Shown here piece after piece: positions 1-13,864 of a stretch of DNA of 64,000 nt; positions within the stretch are counted from its first letter, which is position 1; every line of letters begins with the position of its first letter. Both the position numbers and the translations under genes were made by a program. A model generated the notes under the pieces. The model saw only the letters and a list, made by a program, of their open reading frames with translations. It searched no databases and was not told the DNA's origin. This stretch comes from Squalus acanthias (taxonomy: Eukaryota). The stretch covers positions 125,304,001 through 125,368,000 of the forward strand of contig CM059432.1 in NCBI GenBank assembly GCA_030390025.1, in the 5' to 3' direction.

Positions 1-1227
1 GAAGCATACTAAGCATTCGCAAGATGCTGGTATATTAGACAACTGTTTAGAAAGAGATAATGTGCTGCCAATCCCCAGGGTAAATGCATTCTGAACATGG
101 TACTTTCAGAAGCAAATCGGCAATGAAACGTGTAACATATGGTGGGCTTGCAAGCCTCCTTTTATTATTATACAGTCTGGTTTATTTGAAAGTATAATCT
201 GAAATATTCCTTTAAAGGTTTTCTATACCAGCTACTGTTTAGTAAGAAACCAGCGCTGGTTAACAAATGGATTACAGTTCAATTGGTGTGCAGTAGCAAA
301 TCACATTTTATCTGCCAGAACTTATGCAATGGAAATGCTCGTCACCTAAGTGATCTAAAACTAGTTAACCGCACTGTTCAGCACTGGATCTCATGAATGT
401 TCCTACCACAGTCACTCATATGCCAATTACATTTGAATTCATTTCTCAGATGAAAAAAGCCTCACCTTCCAAGAGATTCCCAGACTTCTCATGGAGACTG
501 AGATCTGTGGCAACAGTCACTTGGCGGGGGATCAAGAATGCTATTTAATAAAAATCGAGTACTGTAACAACTAAATTGTGCACACAAAGCTGAAGGTTGA
601 GCCAGAATCAGAGGCCCAGTCACCATGTACAAGATTTTAGCTAATACTAATTGCTTTTAAAGTGTGTTTTGCTTTATAATGGTCTCACTTAAGTACTTGT
701 GGGAATTTACTTGCCCCCATTTCTCAGTTAATTCAAAAAGTTTAACAAATACTCATCCGTTTGTATAGTGCATTAGTATTGTGTTTGTAACATTGGTAAA
801 CACAATACTAATACACTATACAAAACTACAAGTTTTTTTTCCCCAAAAAGAAAAGTAGAATAATTACTAACTGAAATTTTATTGACTTCAGATCTTACTG
901 CACAATTGCAGAAATTAGGAATGCTATCTTCATATTTTTCTAATGCAGCATTATTCAAAGCAATGAGCAGCTGAAGGTGCCAGGACTGAATGACAAATAT
1001 CACTTTACAATATCCAAACTTGGAAATTCCAAAAACAGTGGAATAGTCACTGCATAGGCTACTGAAAAGGCAAGTATTAGAGAGAAAAAGCTTTTCTCCT
1101 TGTCTTAAAATCAGACCGTGTACTTTTTCCGTGAACACTGGAGGACAACAGCTACTCAGATGATTATTCTTTTAAAGGAAGAAAGGCAGAGAGTTACCAT
1201 TTTCACATTTGGCCAGTCAGACATACA

Positions 1228-1973
1228 GGGAGGGGGGTGAAATTGGGTTTGGGGCAATAACTTTTAAAAGTTTGGAAAATTAGCAGCAGGCGCTATGTTT
1301 TTCTAACTTTAAAAAAATTCAGTTTTCTCGCTCCAAGAGGGAGGTGGAACGCTAAATCAAGCGCTCCACTTCCCTCTTGGAGCACGATCGGCAGCAGGTG
1401 GGGCAGCGAGTTTTGCAGCGCTGCACACTGGGCCATGCAGCGCTGCTGCGTCGGAAGGTCCTTCCCTCTCTTAAAGGGAAGGGCCATCGCTGCAGACTCT
1501 GCAAAAGAAAGGCCACGTACCTGGACCACCAAGGGAGAGCGAACCTGCACGATCAGCCCAGCACTCACTCAGAGCGCCGGGCTAATCGATCGCGGGCAGG
1601 AACCCGCGGGGAAAAAACTGATCAAAAAAGGTAATTTTTTTTTTTTTTTTAACTTACCTTGGCCACCTCGCCTTTAAGCATCGCCCCCGAAGTGGCCGGT
1701 CGCCAGATGCATATCCCCTGAAACTGGCGTTTTCGCCCGCCGATGTTTCAGGGCGGAAATTAATTTCGGGTCCAGGGTGCTACCGGGGCGATGCGTGGCC
1801 GGATGACATCACTATCTCCCCCGCAAGCGGGCATGGCGATAGGGGTTACCGCCGCCACAAACCGGCAGGTGAATTTCATGGGTGGTGATAGCATTGCGCA
1901 CCCGGGCGGTAAGAACCTTAGCGCCCCCCCAGAGGCGATAACGGGAGGCGCCAAGGCACCAAATTTCTAGCCC
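1228..1973. mobile_element. CpG-rich MITE-like element, probably Harbinger-type
   Basis: Abrupt CpG-rich block with imperfect TIR (GGGGGTGAAATTGGG / CCAAATTTCTAGCCC). ACA at 1225-1227 and 1974-1976 is a possible TSD. Confidence 0.65.
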
Positions 1974-2064
1974 ACAGTGTGCATCTTGGAGGCCTCTTCC
2001 AGCATTCCTGAACAAGTTTTGTAAATAGTTCTGTCAATGCGTGTGGTTTTTTTTTTTTTTGACT

Positions 2065-2480
2065 GACAATTTTCTTCCACCCCTGAAGGCATCAACTCCT
2101 TGCTAGGGTAAGGTTTCACAAGCACGGAGCATCTATGGTGTACAGTGTTAAAGCAGCTTTGACAGCGAGTGTCATCAAGCTATTTGACGGGAAGAATATC
2201 ACTTTGGAGCGCAATTCTATCCTCACCTAATTCCTACAAACACATTTTCAGCAGGCATTGTTAAATAGTGATCAGGAGCAAGAACCATGACTAATCTTCC
2301 TCCACCTCAAGTGGGAACCATGGCTGATATTCCTCCACCTTAACCAGGGGCACTTAGCCCAATTGTGGATCCCTGCTGCTGTGCAGGGCAGGGATCAACT
2401 GACAGACAGATGACCAAATGTGACCTCCTTGATCTGTACAAGCAGCTGATTCACTAAATTACTTGATGAGCATATCAGGG
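2065..2480 (-). repeat. Copy of an older dispersed SINE-like family (others near 19150-20270, 25000-25480, 28270-28520, 29915-30180, 32100-32610, 42640-43040)
   Basis: Shared diverged blocks, e.g. (minus) CCTAGCAAGGAGTTGATGCCTTCAGG vs CCCAGCAAGGAGTTAACGCCTTCAAAG at ~20214. Confidence 0.55.
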
Positions 2481-3170
2481 GAGCACTGTGCACAGAGTTA
2501 AGAGAAACCACAGAGGCAAGAACAGTTACCATAAAATCTGTTCCTCAGGGTTCGATTCACATACTGGCCCAAGTGATTCCACCAATGGATAAAATTACAA
2601 TTGCTGGCTTTTAAATTGTACAAGTCATTCTAAATTGCAATCACATTAACACCTAAATGTTTAAGTATAATATAAATCAACCGAGACACACAAAACCAGA
2701 GAGAAAATATTGGCTCAAAATGGAATTATGAGCTCAAGTGGACTAAAGATAGTTTTTCTCGTGTTTCAATCAAATGTTGAATGCTCGAGTCAGAAAGTTG
2801 CCACGTGAACAGGATGCATTCGAACAGAGACTTCCAGGCATTGTAACTTAAGTGTTTGCGATGTTATATAACTTTGCAGCTGATTCTGCAGAAGGGGCAA
2901 CTTGCATTGTGAAAAATTAGACTGACCTAATGATAATGTTTAATGTTATGATAGCATTAAAAGCAGATCATATCTATTGGGGCAGCAGGTAATATGTATT
3001 AGTAGATAAATGCAAAAACATAGTGCTTTACTGGGTTGACAGAACATATTTAATAACTCCAAGATAGCAATATTTTGAAACACCTGGAAGTAAACCAACC
3101 CACGTGATCCCTCTTCTCCTCCTCCTTCCCCTCCGTGACAACCATTACATCCAATGTGGTCTTTCCTTAC

Positions 3171-3757
3171 CCACAATCTGGAGCAGGGCACCATCTGCAG
3201 TCTGGATCTGCCACCAGCCACCGGCGTAGCATAAATTCCTCGTACTTCTCCATCAGCAAATCATCATTTAAAATCAATTGGATATCATGGGGATTGAATC
3301 TCTCGGTACACTCTGGGCAGCTGATATTAACCCTACTTTCGGAGATCTCTATCCGCAAATACTGCCGCAAGCAGTCTGCGCACGACCTGTGCTGGCAAGT
3401 CATAATATCTGGAAATTTGTCCTTAGAGTGACGCAAAAGGCACAGAGGGCATTCAAGAAAGTCTCCACTTTGTTTGTCAGTGGATGCAGTCCCACTTTCA
3501 GAAGAGCCACAGGTTGACAATATGGAGTTCTTGTCATTACATAGCTCTGAATGAATGCTTTCAATACTTGCAATTCCATCCACTCCTCCATTTAAGTCCC
3601 TGGACTTTCGTTTTGACTCTTTTTTCCTTCGAAACAGAGACCCGAGTGAAAGGCGGCGTTTCTTTGGTGCCTTTTTAACAGAAGGTAAACTGACTGAGGA
3701 TGCAGAGGACTGCAGGTCACGGTCCGATCCCATTTGCTGATTGCGATGTAAACTCAT
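3171..3757 (-). CDS. RNF19A: First coding exon of E3 ubiquitin-protein ligase RNF19A (Dorfin): N-terminus, RING1 and start of IBR
   Basis: Translation [35 protein letters not shown]...[49 protein letters not shown]...[10 protein letters not shown] closely matches the vertebrate RNF19A N-terminus. ATG at 3757 has an in-frame TGA just upstream. Donor TGTGG|GTAAGG at 3171/3170 (phase 2). The next exon is not in the window. Confidence 0.96.
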
Positions 3758-3919
3758 TTCTCTTGCACTCCTCTTTCAGAGGTTCCAGTCCTGGAAACTT
3801 GCTGCAAAGCAGTGTTCTTCCAAGTCTTAATCCATGTTCTATAACTCTCTCATTCATCAAATGCGGCTACCCTTGGGAGATCACAAGGCAGTTTACTGGA
3901 AAAAGCGTTCCTGGAATTT
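3758..3919 (-). other. RNF19A: 5' UTR portion of the RNF19A first coding exon
   Basis: Polypyrimidine tract and acceptor TTTCCTGTTCTTTTCTTTTATAG| ending at 3920. A second AG (TTCCAG|) lies 9 nt downstream, which would start the exon at 3910. Confidence 0.75.
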
Positions 3920-5260
3920 CTATAAAAGAAAAGAACAGGAAACTGTTAAATCTTTCAATCATACCCTTGCTATAAATGGTATTACACATTCTGCGCACCA
4001 GTATAATCACTTCTAACATTGCTGGTCACTGCTAACTTTTGATTTGATATAGTTTTAAAGAACATTCGCTAAACTATATGCACCTTCAATGTTTGTGCTA
4101 CAACGCTAACAAACACTAGTTTAAAGGTCAGAAAACAAACAGGGAAGGGGAAGTATGCAACAGGACCACATTTTTTTAAATCATGAAAAATAGCTTCCTG
4201 TACAGAATGGCACTTTATGTAAACTTTAGCTAGGACAGGCAGTTGCAGGCTATTTTTCTTTTAAAAAGAACCGCAAACCTAGCACAGCAACAGACAAAAA
4301 CAGATTTCTGATGTTAAAAATATGCCAACTATTGAAATGAGTAAACAAGGGAGGCAGTTTGCATTGGGCACCCCCAATCTGCTGAGGTACAAATCTCAGT
4401 TGTGCTGCTATGGGGAGGTGCCAAGCAGAGGCCAAGCATTTTCTCACAGGGGAGGGCGAGAGAGAGAGAGAGAGGAGAGAAATCTGAGGGAATTCACCAG
4501 AGTGGTGCAGGTTAGCTTGAAAAAGCATTGCTAGATATGAACACGTCACTTGCCCATCCTCACTCAAAAAGGTGCAGAGTACGGAGGAAGAAAATAAAAT
4601 ACACGCACGTATTCCCCACTCATTTTTATGAGCATCAACTATGGGACTTCTCCAGTCTTATTTTGCCCTTTCAAGTGTTTAATCTGAGTCACTAAATTCA
4701 GAGAGAGTAATTTGTACATACAGAAATAATTAATAAAATGCCTTTAGAAATCCTACTTTTTTTCAAACAAAAAAGGCCACACAACCCACAAAAACTAGCA
4801 AGTTATCAACTCCTATTATTTTTATACAGATAAAATGAAGCTTCAAACAACCATAAAATACACATTTCGGACATACCCATGTATTTAATGAAGTTTACAA
4901 GACAGGCATCTTTACTTAAACTAAGATAGTACTCATCCCTCCGTGTACAAAATGCTCTTTGAACTGGAATTGGGGCGTGAACACGCCCCAGAATAACTAC
5001 CAAGGAACTAAAATATCTGAAGCAGCAACTGTAATGGAGGCAAAACAAAACAATGCAGGGCTTAAATACCACAGAATCAGTAACTGCCAAGCATGTTTGT
5101 TGAAACCACAAATTTTCCTGCACATGAAAGCAGAATGCACAGCACAAACATTTCGGAATATATTCGCCATTCCACTGGACCAGTAGTATAGGTCATTGCT
5201 GGATCTGTCGTTTTTTGTCTTAACAGACCAGCATTAATTTTGAGCTCTACAATGGTAAAG

Positions 5261-5910
5261 AGTCAGAGTCATACGGCACAGAAGGAGGCCGTTCGGCCCA
5301 TCGAGTCCGTGCCGGCTCTCTGTAGAGCAATCCAGTCAGTCTCATTCCCCCGCTCTATCCCCGTAGCCCTGCAAGTTTATTTCCCTCAAATGCCTATCCA
5401 GTCTCCCCTTGAAAACATTGTGTCTCTCCGCTTCCATCAGCAGCGAGTTCCAGGTCCTCACCACTCGCTGCGTAAAAAAGTTTTTCCTCACATCCCCCCC
5501 TGTATCTCTTGCCCAAAACCTTAAATCTGTGTCCCCTAGTCCTTGTACCATCAACTAGTGGGAACAGCCTTTCCCTGCCTAGCCTATCCAAACCCATCAT
5601 AATCTTGTACACCTCTATCAAATCACCCCTCAACCTCCTTTGCTCTAATGAAAACAAATCCAACTTCTCCAACCTGTCCTTGTAGCTAAGATCCCCCATC
5701 CCCAGAATCATTCTGGTAAATCTCCTCTGCACCCTCTCAAGGGCCTTCACATCCTTCCTAAAGTGTGGTGACCAGAACTGGATGCAATACTCCAGTTGTG
5801 GCCTAACCAGCGCTTTATAAAGGTTCAGCATAACTTCTCTACTTTTGTACTCAATACCTCTATTTATGAACCCAAGATCCCATATGCTTTGCTAACCACC
5901 CTCTCAATAT
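5261..5910 (-). mobile_element. CR1 LINE 3' fragment
   Basis: LYKALVRPQLEYCIQFWSPH...LERVQRRFTRM...LEQRRLRGDLIEVYK plus CR1 3' UTR. Confidence 0.92.
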
Positions 5911-7214
5911 GAACTAGACATTTTTGGCATTCACAAAACAATATTCTACATTAGCAAACAAAATAGTGGCAACATTTACAGAAAATCTAACGCAATGTTA
6001 GTTATTCAAGCTTACCTTAAAAAAGTACATATTTAGAAGACTTTCTCACCTTAAAACTGAATTCTAAAGCATGACTTACTTCAGGGCCAAGAAAGTTCCT
6101 CCAGAAACAACAAAGAAAAACAGTCAGAAAATCTCCCCTTAAAAAAAGAACACTATTGGGTACGGCGAATGAACTCCAGTCACCAATAATAGTACTAGAG
6201 GGTGGGAAGGCAGTGTTCAAGTTTACACCAGCTACTGGATGGGCCAAACTTGATAGGCCTGGTGGTCTTTTCTCACCTCACACCCACCACCCTCACGCTC
6301 CCCCTACCCTAGGAGGTTTGTGTGGAGGTTCAGACCACAGAACAGTCCCGTGTGAGGTTAAACATTATAACTAGCACAGACAGTAAGCAAATTATGATTA
6401 AACAAAATAGTTTAGATGCAATTCTTAATGCAAGACAAACACTGCATGTTCCAACCATTATTTTTTTTAAATGACCAATCATCAATTATTCCCAGTTGAC
6501 ATAGGAAAATGCATACTGAGATTTTACCTGCTGTTTAAAGCAGATTGATATGTTTTCCTGACCATCAGAATTCGTATTTACAAAGTAGCCTTATATGAAT
6601 TTTAAAGTGAACAGCCCTTAACCAGGTCTCGCAATATCCAAGAACCCCGAATGCTAAAATCCATGGAGAGGAAATAAAGATTGCTCGTCGATTACTCATT
6701 TGTTCTTATTACTAAATAAGGGATTTTTTGGTTAAATTGGCTAGCTTTTCAGTCGTTCAATTTAGCAACACCCTGACAGAACCCTCGGGGAAGGGAGCTT
6801 CACAATCCAGTAGATTTTCATTTTAATCTTGCCTGCCTGTCAGGGTTAGCATTCCACACCACCCCCCACCCCCCCCCCCAACATGAAGTTGTGTGCATGT
6901 AGTATTGCCATAAGGGAAGAGAGTGCTCGTGCCTACACTGTGGATGCCTACAATTGCTGTTCAACAATGGATGTATAATTAATTCAGTGAATGAGTGGTC
7001 ATATTGAGCAATAATCAGGAGAATTCCTAATGATCCGTAGAATAGCCAACCACAAGATAGCCGACAGATATTGACGAGCAAGGCCATTTGGCACCAAGAT
7101 TGAGACCATCTGTTCAGCTGCCTCTGCTGCTTCCCCACTTTCCCTATGCAATTCAAACCTGCCCTAGCCCTGAACACAACTCTGTAGCTTCTGTCCCATC
7201 TCCCCCCCAACGCA

Positions 7215-8660
7215 CTATTCGAGACTTTTCACCCTAATCCCGCTAAACCGCTGACCACCCAACTTCAGTTCTTGGTCCCCATATTAGCCGACATTGTAAA
7301 TGGTTCCCTCTCCTCATGATTTGCCCCCTCCCTTTCAGCCCTGCCATCATACTCTTCAACAAAAAAAACCTCGACCCCACGGACCTTCCAAACTACGCAC
7401 CATCTCCAACCTCCCTTTCCTAAAGTCCCTGAAGAAGTTATCGCCTCCCAAATATGTTCCCACTTTTCTGGTAACTACGTTTGAACCTCTCCAATCAGGT
7501 TTCTGCCCTTGCCACAGCACTGAAACGGCCCTAAGCAAGTCACAAACAAGATTCTCTGTGGCTGTGGTACATTATCCCTCCCCATCACTTTTGCAGTCCG
7601 ACACCATTCTCCTCCAAAGCCTTCCTTCCGTCGTCCAGCTTGTTGGGACTGCCCTCGCTTGGTTTCACTCTTACCTGTCCGATCATAGCCAGAGCATCTC
7701 AAGCAATGGTGTCTCTTCCCGTCCCCACACGTTACATCCTAAGGGTGATTTCAGAAGTATCATTTGCTCCCTTCTCTTCCTCAGCTACATGCTACCCCTT
7801 GGTGGCATCATCTGCAGACGTGGGGTCAGCTTCCACATGTATGCTGATGACACCCAGCTGTACCTACCCACCATCTCTCTCAACCCCTCCACCATCTCTG
7901 TGCTGTTAAGACCGCTTACTTGACATCCAGTCTTGGATGAGCCCCAATTTCCTCAAACTAATCATTGGGAAGTTTGAAGTCAACATCTTCAGCCCCCAAT
8001 ACAAACTCCATATCCTTGCCACCAATTGCAGCCCTTCCTGACCACTGTCTCAGACTGTTTGCAACTACATTGAGCTTCCAATCCCATAACCTCTCCATCA
8101 CAAAGACTGCCTTCTTCCACCTCTAACATCACCCGTCTCTGCCCCGCCTCAGTCCATCAGCCGTGAAAATCCTCATCCATGCATTGGTCATCTCAAGACT
8201 CAACTACTCCAATGATCACCTGGCCAACCTGATATTCTCCACCTTCAGTGAACTTCAACTCATCCAAAACTCCACTCTTTACTCCTATCCCGGTCCCCAA
8301 CATCTAAAATTTAAAAATCTTATGTTTAAATCCCTTCATGGTCTTCTCACCCCTCCTTATCCATGTAACTTCCTACAACCCACTCACACTCTCCTGACTC
8401 TGGCCTCTTGTGCATCACCCCTCCCTTTGTTCTACCATTGGTGGCTCTGTCTTTAGTCACCTAGGCCCTACTCTCTGGAATGTTCTCCCTAAACCCCTCT
8501 ACCTTTCCACCTCCCTTTCTTCCTTTAAGGCCAACTCTTTGACCAAGTCACCCCTCTGAATATCTTCTTTGGTTCCGTGTCCATTTTTTGATTACACCTG
8601 AGAAACGGTTTGGTACTTTTTCTAGGCTGAAGGCGCTAATAAATGCAAGTTGTTAATGTC
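7215..8660 (+). mobile_element. L2 LINE 3' fragment
   Basis: ISNLPFL, LQSGF..HSTETAL, FHMYADDTQLY, LIHALVISRLNYSN motifs. Ends in the shared ...AAATGCAAGTTG tail. Confidence 0.9.
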
Positions 8661-11039
8661 GTTGCTGGATTCTGTTTTTTTTTAATTAAATCAAGTGACA
8701 ATTTTCTTAACAAAAAGTAAAACTTTACTCCTGCATAATCTTATTTCTACTACAGCAGCTTGTGCCTGGATACGCTCACTTTGCTACACATTTCCTGTGG
8801 GGTTATATGGTTTCAAAAGTTTTAATTGTGGTCTCATTTGCATAAAAGACCAGACTGTGTCTAATCAAAAGATCAATTTGAATGATGGCCTTGCTTTAAC
8901 AAGCAGCATCAATCAAAAAGAACTGAAGATTTGTATGTTTGATACAGACATGCAAAGCATTCATACCTTTCTGGATATTCACCCGACATTAGTGACATCT
9001 GTTTTTTTTATTGTTAATTGCATGTACATATTAGAGATTCTCGAACAAACTCAAAAATACTTATGAGTCAACACCGGAGCAGTTAAAAGCAGAGAGCTTT
9101 AAACAAAAGAAAAAGATTTAAGGACAGTACAAAAAGCTGCTAAATTCACCTTGCAGTAACAAAAAAAAACTTGAATTCAAGCAGTGTTTTATCACACTCT
9201 CAATACAATGAATTCGAAGTGTAGTTAACCTCTTTGTGCACAGCAGGCTCCCACAAACAGCAATGAGTTGAATGCCCAAGTAAATAAAAGCTTTGATACT
9301 TAACGCAGACACCTGAACTCACCCCATATGTAACTTTCAGCAATTGCTGATCATTGGTGCTTTATATTACTAATTATTTGGAAGTAGATACTTGTTACTT
9401 CAGTCAAAGTAATGAAAAGATACAGATTCCAGGTCACAGGGACAATATCTACTTATGGAACTGCTGTTAGGTCATTGAGAGAAAATAAAAATCTCAAAAC
9501 TGCACTTTGTTTTGAGAATGGTTGGTGTTTAATACTCCTCAGAATTGTACAAGTCAGCCTGTCTTAAGTTAATACTGTGGAAATCAATTTAAAGATGGAG
9601 CTCCCAAAGTTGAGACCTATGTGACTATTTAACTTAGCCAGTACAGGAAGCAGCTAAAAACAATACCAGAAAAAGGAAAAAAAGTGGTATGCAGGAGAGA
9701 ATGCAATGCTGTACTGTTCAGCTATTATGCCACCAAGATCCTGGGAGTTCATTATTTCTTTTTCCTCCCCTTGTAATAATGTAAATATCCTTTCAATTTA
9801 ATATTTTGGAAACTGGAGACTATGAATAACTCTTACCAACCATTGATTTTAAATCTAAGAAGGGATCAAAGTGCATATTGGCTACAACAATGACAAATTC
9901 ATTAGGACAACAGAAAAATAAATCAAAAATAAGGTATTACATATTGATAATCATATTCTATGCCACTTAGCTAACTTTGGTTCCCTTTAAATATCCTGAA
10001 GTTTGTTAAATTTCCAACCCCCCCCCCCCAAAAAAAAATCACAATCATGTGTCCTTTACTTGTACAGGGAAATAAATTCATAAGAACATGACTTATCAGT
10101 ATAAGATTACACAATGTAGAACGTAGAACTGAAGCCAAGGCTCATTTTAAAAATGATGGCGTGATTCCAAATAGAGCATATTGACTCATCATTGAACCTA
10201 TAAAATTACCAGTAAACTTACAGGAAATGAGTATCACCGTACAAAGTTGAACAGTCACTGCCTTCATATAGTTAACCAATTTGAGTTCCAGGGAACTTGT
10301 GTACAAAATAGTCAATAAAGCCCACCATAGTAAATCAAAATGGAGATAAATGAAACAAGTGATTAAAAATCAGCGACTGGCAAGGACTATTCAGAGTCAC
10401 CAGTATCAAAAATATTAGGATATTTACAGTACTACAAGGGGGAGGAAAAAAAACAAGAATCTCATGGCCTGATTTAGCAGAACAACAGTTACTGCCTTTG
10501 TTACATTTGCCTGGATTGGTGCAATAAAACTGCATCTTACTCATGCAATTCAGGTGCACTCTAGTCCCCTTCTCAACTTGGACCATGTGCAGCAGCTTTC
10601 AGAGTTTTACAGAAACCAGAGTGCCCAATATGTGTAGCACAATTCACCCAACACACAGTTTGAATCTACATAATGGTAGAGGAACACCAGCCTGAATAGA
10701 ACAGGGTCAGATTCATGTCAGAAAGCAGAAACAACAGCTTCAATGCTTATCACAAATCATTCGCACTATTGCTCTGGGCATTATACCAGAGCCAACCCAG
10801 GAACAGTCCAGCTTTAAATTGCCTATAGCTGAATTAGAGTCAAAATCAAATGATTCACACAATTTGCCCTACTACCCATTTAAATCCTAGCATAGCAAAA
10901 ACAGAAGTCATTTGTTTTGGGAGCCTGTAGGTGCACGGTTGGCAGGCACTTGAACACACACTTAGCTCAATTTTACAAGTTTGCTACTTCACAACAATGT
11001 GCTTAAAACACCAAACATTCAAAAAGTTCAAAAAATTGA

Positions 11040-13850
11040 TAGGAACATAAAAACAGGAATAGACCATTCTGCCCCTTGATCTTCTCTGCCATTCAACTAG
11101 ATCATGGCTGATCTGTACCTCGACTCCATGTACCCGCCTTTGATATCTTTCCTGAGGTACGGTGCCCTAAACTGAACATGGTACTCCAGATGGGGTCTGA
11201 TCAAGGCTGTGTATGACTGAAGCACCACTTCTGCACTTTTATATTCAAACTCCCTTGAGTTAAAGGCCTTTTAATTATTTTTCGTATCATGATTTGTGTA
11301 CTTGGACACCTAAATCTCTCTGCTCCTCCACAGCTCCTAGTCTCTCGTCATTAAGAAAATATTCTGATTTGTCTTTCTCGAATCCAAAGTGGATGACCTC
11401 GCACTTCCCCACATTGAACTCCATCTGTCACAGTTTTGCCCACTCATTTAATCTGTCTATGTATCTTTATAATTTCCTGCTCCCATCTACACAATTTACA
11501 GTGCCTCCCAACTTAGTGTCATCTGCAATCTTGGATATACAAGTCTCTATTCCTTCATCCACGTCATTAGTGTATATGGTGAAACGCTAAACCCCCAGTA
11601 GAGATCACTGGGGAACACCAAACTGCACATCCTGCCAATCAGAGAGCGTTCCCTTTATCCCAACTCTCTCTCTCCCACCTCCCAACCAATTACCAATCCA
11701 TCTCATACGGTTAGCTCCAATTCTGTGCGCTGCCATTTCTGCCGATAATCTCTTGTGCGGAACCTTATCAAATGCCTTCTGGAAGTACATATAGACAACA
11801 TTCATAAGCATGGTGCATAGGGGAGTGTCTGTGACCTCCTCAAAGTTTAAATAGATTAGTCAGACATGACCTACCCTTCACAAATTTCCGCTGGCTCACT
11901 GATCAGCTGATACTTGTCCGAGTGCTCAGTCACTCTGTCTCTGATTACAGAGATTCCAGTAACTTCCCCATAACTGATGTTAAACTGACAGGTTTGTAAT
12001 TACCTGGTTTTTTCCCCTCCCTTCTTAAATAATGGAATGACATTTGCAATTTTTCAATGCAATGGCACAAATCCAAAATCTAGAGAGCTTTAGAAAATTA
12101 TGACCAACACATCTGCATTTTTTTTTAGTACCTTGGGGTGTAAACCTTCAGGTTTTGGAGATTTGTACATCTTAAGTCCAGTTATTTTCTCCATTACCAT
12201 TCTTTGGCTTATATTAATCCACTAAGTTCTTTCCCTTGACTTACTTTTAGATTCCCTTGTACCGCTGTTACTTTGTCCTCGCCCTCTACAGTAAAACCAG
12301 TTATAAAATACTCATGTAACAAGCTTACCATTTCCTTATTGTCCATTATAGTCTTGTCTGCATTTGTCTTTAATGGACCCACATTCCCCTTTACCAATTT
12401 CATTCTCTTAATATATTTTCAAAACCTTTGCTGTTATCTTTGATACCCTGTGCAAGTTTTTTTTTCATATTTCCTTTTTGCACCTCATTACTTTCTTTGT
12501 ATCCCTTTGTTAAAGTGTCAGCCTTGGCTCAGTGATTGCACTCTTGACCGAGTCAGAAGGTCATGGGTTCAAAGTCCCACTCCAGAGATTTGAACACAAT
12601 CCAGGCTGACACCTCAGTGCAGCACCGAGGGAGTGCTGCACTGTTGGAGGTGCTGTCTTTCGGATGAGATGTTAAACCGACACCCCGTCTGCCCTCTCGG
12701 GTGGGCGTAAAAGATCACATGGCATCATTCAAAGAGGAGGGGTCTTCTCCTGATGTCCTTCAACAAGTACCTCAACAACCATTAAAACAGATCATCTGGT
12801 CATGCATCTCTTTGCTCTATATGGGAGCTTGCTGTGCACAAAATGGATGCCACATTTCCCTACATTACAACAGTAACTACACTTCAAAGTACTTCAATGG
12901 CTGTAAAGTGTTCTGGGACGTCCTGAAATCGAGAGAGGCGTTATATAAATGCAAGCCCTTTCCTTTGTTGCTTTTTATAGCAGTCCCAGTCTGCTGATTT
13001 CCTTTTATTTGTGCCAACCTTTTCCTTTAGTTTGACACTCTCTTACCCTTATTTGTTGACTATGGTTGCTTAACTACATAAGTGGAGCTTTTGCCATTTA
13101 GAGGTATGTACTGGTTTTATATTGTACCGAAGACTTCTTTGAATACTTCTTTCTATTTGTCTGTAGGTTTACCCCATTAACAGTTTAGCCTAGGTTTGCT
13201 GTGGTCAATTTATTTCCCAGCTCTTCAAAGTTTGCCTTACTTAATTTAAAACCTTGGTTTGTGACTCTCCCTTGTCCCGCAAACTTAGTATCAAATTCAA
13301 TCATGTTATGGTCATTATTCCCTTATCGCCAGACTGTTAACTAATTCTGGTTCATCACTAAATCTAGTATGGCCTGTCCTAAGACATCTTGTTCTAGAGA
13401 ACTATCCCGAATACATTGCTTTTACTACTTCAGCTGTTCTGTTTCTCCCAGTCTATGTAAACATTAAAATCTCCCATTATAACCACATTGTTTTTGCTGC
13501 ATGCTTCTCTGATCTCCGTATTTAGACACTCCCCCCGCCCCCACTACATCACTATTATCAGATAGTCTGTATACCCACCAGAATCTTGCATCTTTTGCTG
13601 TTCCTTAATTCTATTCAGTGTTTTCACTGCCTGATCACACTTATTGAAATCCCTTCTTTCTACTGCTCTAATTGTGTCTGACCAATATTGCTACTCCCTC
13701 TCCTTTTCCAATTTCGCTATGCTTTCTAAAGAACCTATAGCCTGGAATATTTAGCTCCCAATCATGGCCTGCTTGTATCCAGGTTTCTGTAATGGCTACT
13801 ACATCATAACCGTTAAGCTGAATTTGTGCTGCCAACTCACTTGTAGCATT
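11040..13850 (-). mobile_element. Old CR1 LINE remnant with a nested SINE
   Basis: VYMYFQKAFDKVPHKRL and GVPQ motifs in ORF 11605-11811, CR1 3' tail near 11045, degraded upstream ORF2. Confidence 0.85.
12515..12960 (+). mobile_element. Deu-domain SINE copy nested in CR1
   Basis: Colinear with 31581-32040. Confidence 0.85.
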
Positions 13851-13864
13851 ATAAATAAAACATT

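Noticed and set aside
1..3170. Next RNF19A coding exon (IBR continuation)
   Set aside because: No YAVIAFGCASCP-like coding sequence found, so it presumably lies beyond the window start.
5394..5831. RT-like ORFs as functional genes (also 7300, 22004, 40544, 58037)
   Set aside because: 5'-truncated or frameshifted CR1/L2 remnants. No intact ORF2 is present.
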